Below, piece after piece: positions 50,634 to 58,431 of a stretch of DNA of 64,000 nucleotides; positions within the stretch are counted from its first letter, which is position 1, and the number at the start of each line of letters is the position of its first letter. The DNA comes from an uncultured Gemmatimonadales bacterium (GTDB taxonomy: Bacteria; Gemmatimonadota; Gemmatimonadetes; Gemmatimonadales; Gemmatimonadaceae): positions 2,240,001 through 2,304,000 of the forward strand of contig CAWKMU010000003.1 in the NCBI GenBank assembly GCA_963850905.1, written 5' to 3'. The position numbers were made by a program, and so were the translations under genes. Below the pieces are notes generated by a model. The model did no database searches. It was not told the origin of the DNA and worked only from the letters and a program-made list of their open reading frames with translations.

Positions 50634-51379
50634 CGCTGTCGTCCCGCGTGGGTCGACGCGCCAGCCGTCTCGAGGACGGCCGTGAGCTGCGCTAAGGATT
50701 CGAGTCGGACTGTCGGGGGGACACCCGGCGGCACCGCGCGATCAGCCGGTGTCAGCCACGCGGTGCGCATGCCCAACTGCTGCGCCGGTCGAATGTCGGC
50801 CTGGAAATTGTCGCCGACCATCCAGGCTCGGTCAGGCGGTACGCCCAACGCCTCCAACGTGGTCGTGAACGGGAGCAGGTCGGGCTTCGCGGTCCCGAGG
50901 ACCCCCGAGTCCGTGACGACGTCGAACAAATCGGCGATCGCCACCTCTTCGAGGCATGGGCGCAGATTTCCAGTGAAGTTCGACACCACGCCGAGGCGAT
51001 AGCGCGTGCGCAACGCGGCCAGGATGGGTCGGTTGCGCGCGATCACCGCTACCGCGTCGCCGTGAACTCGATCAGCTATATCATGCACATCCATCGCGGA
51101 TCCGTCGGGAAGCAAGGTACAGAGAATCGCGGCCTGAGCGTCGATCATGCCGCGCAGGCCGAGGGCACGAATGCCCGTGTGCGTCTCGAGACGGCGGTCC
51201 GACAGGCTGAACAACGGATCAAATGCCTCAAAACTGAGGCGACCGCCGCCGCGCGCGTATGCCGCGTGGAATCGGACACTCCAGCGCACGCCATCGGCGT
51301 CCAGCGTACCGCCAAAATCGAATAACACCGCACCGCGAGAGTCCCTCGCGCGCTCATCACCAGCATCGACCAGGACCAC
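50621..51379 (-). CDS. HAD-superfamily hydrolase/phosphatase
   Basis: VLFDFGGTLD, VSNF, KPD and VGDN...DI motifs. Start approximate. Confidence 0.88.
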   Translation of the reverse strand: MVLVDAGDERARDSRGAVLFDFGGTLDADGVRWSVRFHAAYARGGGRLSFEAFDPLFSLSDRRLETHTGIRALGLRGMIDAQAAILCTLLPDGSAMDVHDIADRVHGDAVAVIARNRPILAALRTRYRLGVVSNFTGNLRPCLEEVAIADLFDVVTDSGVLGTAKPDLLPFTTTLEALGVPPDRAWMVGDNFQADIRPAQQLGMRTAWLTPADRAVPPGVPPTVRLESLAQLTAVLETAGASTHAGRQRCMA

Positions 51380-51933
51380 TCCGGGCGAACACCACAATAC
51401 TGTATCGTAACCGTAACATCCGGGCAAGCGCTTCCGGCGTCGAACTATACACGTGAGTAGGGACGATCGGCCGGCCACCCAGCGCACGTCGCCGTTACGG
51501 AAGCCGGTTTCGTCGTTACACGGCGCCGCGGGATCGTGCACGATCGACCGGCGCCGACGGCGAGCGCGATCTCGGCGTGCCGGCGCCTGATTCGGGATCA
51601 CGCCGAGCTGCGGCGCAACCCACGGCGTGCCTGCGTCGGCGGCATGCCACCACGCAAGCTCGCCGCTGTTTCACCACGCGCGCCCGATCGCACGTCGTAA
51701 CACGTGTCGTCCGGGGGGGTGATACGGATTGCGGCGTCCGTGCCACAACGGGCGTCAGTAGCTCTCGCAATCCGCGTGAGCCTGGGCAGCCTGCAATGTA
51801 TGAATTGGCGACAGCGTCGGGGACCCCGGCCCGTAGACCCGCGGAATGGGCCTTCGCTCAAAAAGCGCTTTCGGCGGCTCGCGTTTCCTCGGGTCAACTC
51901 GCCGCCCTCCCGGACGGCCCCGTTGCTGCAAAA

Positions 51934-52022
51934 GGGAGGGCAAAACCGGCGCGAGCCGGGTGTGGCACAGGAGGGCTGGCGTGGACGGCTGGCTGTCCGT
52001 GCTGGCAATCCCGCTGTCCCTC
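51934..52022 (+). ncRNA. Candidate structured leader RNA resembling a c-di-GMP-I (GEMM) riboswitch
   Basis: GGCAAAACCGGC-GCGA-GCCGGG (GNRA-capped stem), then GGCACAG and a 13-bp stem (CTGGCGTGGACGG/CTGTCCGTGCTGG), with GAGGG/CCCTC closing. Lies 60-80 nt before a pilin operon. No canonical tetraloop receptor seen. Confidence 0.35.
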
Positions 52023-52099
52023 GAGACCGCGAGCGATATGGCTCGCGTTGTTGTCGGAACCCTCACACCGCGAGCGTTGGCATGACACGGTGCACAACG

Positions 52100-52672
52100 A
52101 TGGCACGTCGGGCTGCGGTGACGCTGGTTGAGGTCATGATCGTGCTCACGATCATTGGGATCGGCTCCGCCGTCGCGCTATGGAAACTCGACATCGCGTC
52201 ATACCAAACCATGGGTGACATGCAGGCTATTGGGTCGGCGTTGATCGCGGCCCAGCGGCAAGCCATCGCGCATCAATGCAACGTGATCGTCACGTTCGAT
52301 ACGACCGCGCGGGTAGTCCACTTGATCGTGGACGCGAATAACAACGGGTTGCAGGACCCGGGCGAGCACGAGACGGCGTATGCGCTCGGCGATCGCGTGC
52401 GATTCAGCATGGGGGCGACGCCAGTCGGTGACGTCGGCGCCGGGCCGATCACCTTCAGCAACACGACGAACGGTCTGCCCTCGGTGACGTTCTTCCGCAA
52501 CGGGGCCGCGAGCCAGGCTGGCGGCGTCTACATCACGTCAATGCGTGAGGCGATCACCAACGATCCGCAGTATGCTGGCCAGACACACATGGTCGAGGTC
52601 GCGCGCGCCACCGGCCGCGCCGACTGGTGGCACTACGACCCCGGCACCGCCGTCTGGGTGAGGGGGTTCTGA
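52100..52672 (+). CDS. Type IV minor pilin, FimT/GspH-like (cluster 2)
   Basis: RRAA|VTLVEVMIVL; shares VIV.FDT, D.NNN..D.GE, F..NG.AS and TGR..W with 29695-30270. Alternative start at 52082. Confidence 0.85.
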   Translation: MARRAAVTLVEVMIVLTIIGIGSAVALWKLDIASYQTMGDMQAIGSALIAAQRQAIAHQCNVIVTFDTTARVVHLIVDANNNGLQDPGEHETAYALGDRVRFSMGATPVGDVGAGPITFSNTTNGLPSVTFFRNGAASQAGGVYITSMREAITNDPQYAGQTHMVEVARATGRADWWHYDPGTAVWVRGF

Positions 52673-53076
52673 TGACGACGACACAGAATCGCTCCGGCTT
52701 CTCGCTGGTCGAGGTGATGGTGGCGCTGGTCATTCTCACCATCGTCGTCGCCGGACTCGCGGGCACGACGGTCACCTTCCAGCACCAGATGTCGCTCGGT
52801 CAGATCGAAGCGCGGGCCCAGGCCGTTGCCAACTCGCAGCTCGCGCAGATTCGCGCGTATCCGGACTACACCCAGCTGGCGACGTTCGCGGGCACGCAGA
52901 CCAACTACCCGACGACCGGGTGGTCACTGCAGACGCAGGTGATTCGTGACACGTCTGCAGTCACCGACTGTGTCACCCCGCCATGCGCCAACAACAATGT
53001 CACCCGCATCATGGTGAGTGTGACGGCGCCTGGGCTGTCGTTGCCCGTCGCGCTGTCGTACTCCATCGCGCCGTAG
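52672..53076 (+). CDS. Type IV minor pilin, PilV/GspI-like (cluster 2)
   Basis: RSG|FSLVEVMVAL; I.AYP.Y..L..F.GTQ shared with the cluster 1 paralog; TGATG coupling. Confidence 0.87.
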   Translation: MTTTQNRSGFSLVEVMVALVILTIVVAGLAGTTVTFQHQMSLGQIEARAQAVANSQLAQIRAYPDYTQLATFAGTQTNYPTTGWSLQTQVIRDTSAVTDCVTPPCANNNVTRIMVSVTAPGLSLPVALSYSIAP

Positions 53077-53108
53077 TGGCTCGAGCCGTGAGCATCCTGG
53101 AGGCCGTG

Positions 53109-54275
53109 ATGTCGGACCACCCACTCGATCCGCAGGGTCGCTCGGTACCTTCCGTGCGTCGTCGCGGTATGACCCTGATGGAAGTCATGATCGCCATGGT
53201 CATGATGGGGCTCGTGCTTGGCGCGGCCATGAGCTTCTTCGTGAGTCAGTCGCGATCCTACAGCGCGGCAGCCAAGGCGTTCAACCAGGTGCAGAACGTG
53301 CGCTTCGGTGCTGATCTCCTCGACCAGCACCTCCGCGCGGCCGGGGCGAACACGACGCCGGGCCAGCCTCCATTGGTGTATCTGGGCCCGAGCGCATTCG
53401 CATTCAACGCCGACTACTCCTCCAACATCTCTGGGACGACGGCGATCTTTTACAACCCCGGCGCGCCTTCGCTCGAGACGGAAGGCGTGCTCTCGGCCAA
53501 CCAGTTCAACCTGCCGGGTGTGGCACCCGCGTACGCCTATCCGACGGTGGACTACGCGATCGCGCCCGGCGTGCCTAGCCCGGCCGAGCTCATCACCTTC
53601 TGGTTCCAAATCGACAGCACCTCGCCGGTGCCGGGGACGTACGCGCTGTATCGTGAGGTGAACAACGGCACGGTAGAGGCGGTGGTTCGAAACATCCTGC
53701 CCGACAGTGTCCCGTTCTTCCAGTACTACAAGCTTGTGACCAATGCCGTCACCGGCTTGCAGTCGCTGGCACTCGTGACGCCGGCCGAGCTCCCGGCTGC
53801 GTACACGACCACGCTCATGATCGACAGCATCCGCGCCGTCCAGGTGACATATCGCGTGTCCAACGGCGACACGGGCTCCGCTCAGCGGATTCAGTCGTTC
53901 AGTCTCACGTCTGCGCTTCCGAATCTCGCGAACCCCGCGCTGGCCACATGCGGTGACGCACCGCAACCGGTGCCCTCAGTCACCGCGGTGGCGTCGGGGA
54001 TTCCTCACACTGACAGTGTGACCGTGTCCTGGCAGCCCAGCCCCGACGAGTGGAGCGGTGAGCGCGACATCATGCGCTACATCGTCTGGCGTCGGTTGGC
54101 GACCGACTCGACGTGGAACAACCCTTTCACGTCCGTACCGAACGGACTGACGTCGTACACGTTCGTCGACCTGACCGCTCCGGATAGTGTCGGCGTCGAG
54201 TATGCCGTCTCAGCGCAGGACTGTACGCCGTCGTTCTCCAGCCCAGTCAGTAGCAGCATGGTGACGCCGCCGTGA
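53109..54275 (+). CDS. Type IV minor pilin, PilW/GspJ-like, with FN3-like C-terminus (cluster 2)
   Basis: RRG|MTLMEVMIAM; QN.RF, FNAD, S.AE.I, YALYR.VN, FFQYYK, DSIRAVQ and AQ.CTPS shared with cluster 1. Confidence 0.87.
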   Translation: MSDHPLDPQGRSVPSVRRRGMTLMEVMIAMVMMGLVLGAAMSFFVSQSRSYSAAAKAFNQVQNVRFGADLLDQHLRAAGANTTPGQPPLVYLGPSAFAFNADYSSNISGTTAIFYNPGAPSLETEGVLSANQFNLPGVAPAYAYPTVDYAIAPGVPSPAELITFWFQIDSTSPVPGTYALYREVNNGTVEAVVRNILPDSVPFFQYYKLVTNAVTGLQSLALVTPAELPAAYTTTLMIDSIRAVQVTYRVSNGDTGSAQRIQSFSLTSALPNLANPALATCGDAPQPVPSVTAVASGIPHTDSVTVSWQPSPDEWSGERDIMRYIVWRRLATDSTWNNPFTSVPNGLTSYTFVDLTAPDSVGVEYAVSAQDCTPSFSSPVSSSMVTPP

Positions 54276-54316
54276 CCGGCGTCGCTCGTCGTGTTTTCTC
54301 GAACCGGGATCTCGCC

Positions 54317-56497
54317 ATGATCCGACCCACATCACCGTTCCCGCGCGACAAGCGCGGCGCGACGCTCGTCGCGGTGCTCCTCATTGCGCTGGTGGTCGCC
54401 GCGATTGTGGTCCTGGCGGCAGCTACCACGGCCAACGCGGGGCTGATCGCGAAGAACAGCGCTCGCTCGGGCGTCCTCTATGACGCCGCGGAGTCCGGCG
54501 TCGCGGAAGCGCAGAACTGGATCAACACGCACCCGAACCAGCAACCGTTCCGGTCGGCGGATAGCGGCGAGATCGCGCTCGAGAACAACGTGCAGGTGAA
54601 CGACGCCCTCGGGAACCCAATCGCGGGGATGTACCGCACGACCTGGATCGGGAAGGGCGGAAGCCGCACGGGCGAGTTCGGCATCTTCGGCGCCATCATC
54701 AGTCAAGTCACCGATGCGGTCGGGAACACGGTCGTTCACCGTGCGGCGATCTATCAAGACACTTTCGCCAAGTACGCCTACTTCTCAAACAGTGAAGGCG
54801 GCATCTACTTCGGCGGTGGCGACCAGATCTTCGGGCCGGCGCACTCCAATGACTTCATTCGCATCGCGCCGTCAGGCGTGGAATTCCACAGCCAGCTGAC
54901 GACCTCGCAGACGATCACTACAGGTCTGGCCTATGGCATTTTTGACCAAGGCTACCAGCAGCACGTGCCGGTGATCCACCTCCCGAGCGTGTCGTCTCTC
55001 ACGTCGCTCAAGGGTTTGTCTGACGTCGGCAACGTCACGGTGCTCGGGAGTGGCACCGTCGGCAATGGGTACCAGGCCACCACCCGCATCGAGTTCGTCT
55101 CGCTCGATCTGAACAATGACGGGGATTCGACCGACCCTGATGAAGGATTCATGCGCGTCTTCCAGAGCACGGACCCGCGGTATGTCGTCGCCGGCACCTT
55201 CGGATCGAACGACTATGGCGACGTCATGAATCCCGGCAACACGAATTGCGGTTCGTACTACGCGGGGGACTCGTCCTTCAAGCTCGTGAGCACGCTCGTG
55301 GCCAACGGGGTGACGGGTGCGCAACTGGAAGACAGCCTGGGCAACGGGCGCGGGCAGTGCTATCTCGGTGGCGACGAGCACCTCAACAGCCCCATACACG
55401 TAGGCCCCACGTTCCAGGCGACTGGCTGGCCGGGCGGCGGTCAGTGGCTACCAAATCCAATGGCGTACGATCCACGCCTCGGACAAGCTGGCGCCAAACG
55501 ACAGGATTCGCTCTACCTCTGGCCGATCACTCACGCCGAGAATCTCAATTTCAAGGGCGTTGTCTTCGTCGACGGCAAGGTGGCCGTCAGCGGGAAGTTG
55601 CGCGGCCGACTGACGCTCGCGTCGCCGTACAACATCATTTTCGTCGGCAATACGAAGCTGCAAACCGACCCCGCAGTCGGCACGTGCCCGGACTACCTCG
55701 GTGCGTTTGCCGCTGACGACGTCGTCGTGGCGGACAACATGTTGCTATCGCCTCAGGCGGCATCCTCGACGCCAGGCGACTCGGTCTGGCGGTTCCAGCC
55801 CCCCGCGCCGACGCAGTCGACCTATTTGCAGGTCTCGCTGCTCGCGTTGAACAAGTTCCAGGTCCAGAACTACACGGGCGGTGTGATCGGCGCTCTGCCC
55901 TGTCAGACCGTGCCCGCTGGACGTGGTTGTCTGTATCTCACCGGCGGGATCATTCAAGGCACCCGCGGCGCTGTCGGGACCATGTGGCCAGGCGGCGACA
56001 GCGGGATGACCGGCTACATCAAGCGATATCAGTACAACATGTGCGGGCTGACGCTGCCGCCGCCGTATTTCCCGACAACGGGTCGCTTCTCGGAGGACCG
56101 ATCGTTCGAGATGGACCCCGTCAACTTCAACGAGCACGCGTGGTTCGTGATCCCGTCGTTGGCCGCGCAGGATTCGTTGTTGATGCTGCCCGTGCCGCCC
56201 CCGCCCCCGCCGCCGGTGACGCCGCCGACGAGTCCTCCGCCCCCGGTGACGCCGCCCCCGGTGACGCCCCCGGTGACGCCGCCGCCGCCCCCGCCACCGG
56301 TGACGCCGCCGCCGCCGCCGCCCCCACCGGTGACGCCGCCTACGGGACCGCCGACGACGCCTCCGCCGCCGCCGCCCCCGCCCCCGCCGCCGCCGCCACC
56401 GCCGCCGCCGGCACCGCCGCCACCGCCACCGCCGCCGGTGACGCCGCCGCCGCCGCCGCCGCCCCCGGCGCCCCCGCCGGTGCCGATCGTAGACTAG
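54317..56497 (+). CDS. Large PilX/GspK-like minor pilin with C-terminal polyproline tail (cluster 2)
   Basis: KRG|ATLVAVLL (no Glu5), AAESG; conserved blocks with 31955-34006; ~100-aa Pro-rich end. Confidence 0.82.
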   Translation: MIRPTSPFPRDKRGATLVAVLLIALVVAAIVVLAAATTANAGLIAKNSARSGVLYDAAESGVAEAQNWINTHPNQQPFRSADSGEIALENNVQVNDALGNPIAGMYRTTWIGKGGSRTGEFGIFGAIISQVTDAVGNTVVHRAAIYQDTFAKYAYFSNSEGGIYFGGGDQIFGPAHSNDFIRIAPSGVEFHSQLTTSQTITTGLAYGIFDQGYQQHVPVIHLPSVSSLTSLKGLSDVGNVTVLGSGTVGNGYQATTRIEFVSLDLNNDGDSTDPDEGFMRVFQSTDPRYVVAGTFGSNDYGDVMNPGNTNCGSYYAGDSSFKLVSTLVANGVTGAQLEDSLGNGRGQCYLGGDEHLNSPIHVGPTFQATGWPGGGQWLPNPMAYDPRLGQAGAKRQDSLYLWPITHAENLNFKGVVFVDGKVAVSGKLRGRLTLASPYNIIFVGNTKLQTDPAVGTCPDYLGAFAADDVVVADNMLLSPQAASSTPGDSVWRFQPPAPTQSTYLQVSLLALNKFQVQNYTGGVIGALPCQTVPAGRGCLYLTGGIIQGTRGAVGTMWPGGDSGMTGYIKRYQYNMCGLTLPPPYFPTTGRFSEDRSFEMDPVNFNEHAWFVIPSLAAQDSLLMLPVPPPPPPPVTPPTSPPPPVTPPPVTPPVTPPPPPPPVTPPPPPPPPVTPPTGPPTTPPPPPPPPPPPPPPPPPAPPPPPPPPVTPPPPPPPPAPPPVPIVD
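56191..56490 (+). repeat. Coding (CCG)n-rich polyproline/VTPPP repeat
   Basis: Repeated CCGGTGACGCCGCC units and CCG runs. Confidence 0.9.
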
Positions 56498-56531
56498 GCC
56501 GAGGGGGAGTAGCAGGGCAGGACCTGAAGAC

Positions 56532-56567
56532 GAAGGGCCTGTGGCAGAACACCGCCACAGGCCCTTC
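56532..56567. terminator. Strong hairpin after pilin cluster 2
   Basis: Perfect 14-bp stem GAAGGGCCTGTGGC / GCCACAGGCCCTTC; no clear U tract. Confidence 0.55.
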
Positions 56568-56657
56568 TCCTGTGAGGACCTAACGGCAGGAGGATCGGCG
56601 GGTAGGGGTCCGGGCGGACGTGCACCAACCAACGCTGACCGCACGGAACCGGTTGAT

Positions 56658-56765
56658 CGGCGGGTAGGGGCGACGCATGCGTCGCCCGCCGTCGGTGGCG
56701 TTGCCACGATACCGACGGTTGCATTGGGCGCGGCCGCGCCAACGTTGCGTCGCCCCTACCCGCCG
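56658..56765. repeat. REP doublet (REPIN-like)
   Basis: 20-bp perfect inverted arms CGGCGGGTAGGGGCGACGCA / TGCGTCGCCCCTACCCGCCG around an internal hairpin. Confidence 0.85.
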
Positions 56766-56786
56766 GGTTGCCCGTGTTGTGGTTGT

Positions 56787-56814
56787 TCCCTCACCCCTGA
56801 CCCCTGACCCCTGC
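56787..56814. repeat. Heptamer array (CCCCTGA-like)x4
   Basis: TCCCTCA CCCCTGA CCCCTGA CCCCTGC; same family as 2483-2614. Confidence 0.75.
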
Positions 56815-56826
56815 TGTTTTCGCCCC

Positions 56827-57426
56827 CTACAGCGAAAACGGCAGCTCGACCCTCTCGCCGCCACTGCGACGGCCGGGACGCTTTAGCCAGTGCCACTGGC
56901 GGGCGGCATGATCGACGGCCGCGGCACGCGCGGCGTCGGCCTGGGGGTCCAACGTGCTTGATTCACAATAGCGGCACACATCCCTGGGAGCGGCGAATTC
57001 CTCGACGCTCGTGGCGAGTTGGGCCACGCCGTCAGCCGTGTGCGTCTCGATGCGCTCGAAGACCACGTAGTCGCCGCTCTCGGAGAACATGATCTCGACT
57101 TCGACCGCCCGAGACCCTTGACCTCGCTCATCGACCGATTCGGCTCGGCTCGAGCCGATCGTCCACCCCATGAACGACAGCGCTGGCCCACTGTCGCTCA
57201 GCAGGACCAAGTGTGACGGGCCGCCGAACAGCCGATCCGCTCTCACGAGGGGATCGGCGTCGGCCGCAACGGCAGCAGCCTGCCGCGCTGACGGCGCGGC
57301 CGGCGACCCTGGCTTGGATTGCGCGAGCTTCAGAGAGCGCATAGGGGCGACGCGGAGACCGGAAGACTCGGGCGGGCCGCCAGGCTCACGAAGTGTGAGA
57401 AAAGGACCTCGCCGTGCATCGGTCAC
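56827..57426 (-). CDS. Hypothetical protein
   Basis: Fills a gap; C-terminal half looks globular (L.F.G..IG...VEI..SESG.YVV). Start uncertain. Confidence 0.55.
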   Translation of the reverse strand: MTDARRGPFLTLREPGGPPESSGLRVAPMRSLKLAQSKPGSPAAPSARQAAAVAADADPLVRADRLFGGPSHLVLLSDSGPALSFMGWTIGSSRAESVDERGQGSRAVEVEIMFSESGDYVVFERIETHTADGVAQLATSVEEFAAPRDVCRYCESSTLDPQADAARAAAVDHAARQWHWLKRPGRRSGGERVELPFSL

Positions 57427-57727
57427 AATGGCAAACGACGGGCCGCTGCCGAGTCTGCTGTCCTCGGTGTGCTCGTTTTGCTAAGTCGCAGCGGGATTTA
57501 GAGTTATAATGGTCGAGCCAGCGCGATTTTCCAGGACCGCGCGGGCGTGTGGCGACGCAACGCCGCATTGTGAGAAAAGTCTCGCCAATCGCCGACCGAC
57601 CCCGGGGTCGCCAAGCTTGCCTGGCAGAAACGAGACGGCGGCGCTAGACCAACCGCTCCCGGCGGCGTCTTCTCTCTACGTTGTGCTGTCCTACTTACCA
57701 GCGCCCGCGGGCGCCCGGGGGTCCACT

Positions 57728-58334
57728 GTGAACCAAACGTGGCACACGATTCTGCAGGACATGCTGGTGCCTGGCGTGCCGCTTCTCGAAAAAGTGCTCC
57801 GGACCTTGGCGGTGTACGCCTTCCTGTTGGTTGGTCTCCGGCTCGCCGGCAAACGGGAACTTGGCCAGCTCAATCCGTTCGACCTCGTCGTGTTGCTGGT
57901 CCTCTCGAACACGGTGCAGAACGCGATCATCGGCAACGACAACTCGCTGGTCGGGGGATTGCTTGGCGCAGCCATTCTCCTGGTCGTCAACTACGGCGTG
58001 GTCAAGTTTCTCTACGGCCACCCGGCGCTCGACCGACTGATGGAGGGCAATCCCAATGTCCTCGTGCAGGATGGCCGGATCAATCGGCATCGGTTGGAAC
58101 GCGGAGATGATTACCCAGGCGCAGCTCGAATCGGCGGCGCGGCGACAAGGCATCGAGCATTTGCACGACGTGAAGGTCTGTCGACTCGAGACCGGGGGCG
58201 CGCTGACGTTCGTCGCGCGCGAGCAGACCATCGACGACCACCGGCACCGAGCGATCCTCGATCGACTCGCCGCGATCGAGACACGCCTCGGCGTGGCGTC
58301 CCCAGGCGCTCAATCGACCGACGGCGCGCGGTAG
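57728..58334 (+). pseudogene. DUF421/YetF-family membrane protein, +1 frameshift near 58103
   Basis: Frame A: LRLAGKRELGQLNPFDLVVLLVLSNTVQNAI, EG.P..LV.DG. Frame B: EMIT..QL..AAR.QGI......RLETGG.LTF. Junction reads CGC G GAG ATG. Confidence 0.82.
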
Positions 58335-58407
58335 ACGACACTGCGGCCACGGACGGTCGCGACTCCATCGTCATCGTGCCACTATGGCTTCCTGGGAACC
58401 TCCGGGA

Positions 58408-58431
58408 GGGCGACGCGTGCGTCGCCCCTAC
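58408..58431. repeat. GTAG-family REP palindrome
   Basis: GGGCGACGCGTGCGTCGCCCCTAC between convergent genes. Confidence 0.82.

Noticed and set aside
51145..51366. Possible fourth frameshift at the HAD N-terminus (MSARGTLAVR in another frame)
   Set aside because: An in-frame GTG at 51379 gives a complete protein, so no shift is needed.
51961..51980. TGGCAC as a sigma-54 promoter for pilin cluster 2
   Set aside because: The GC lies 9 rather than 10 nt after the GG, and there is no TTGC.
31955..56497. PilX paralogs as a diversity-generating retroelement TR/VR pair or shufflon
   Set aside because: Similarity is at protein-block level only; no near-identical adenine-variant DNA repeat, reverse transcriptase or recombinase is in the window.
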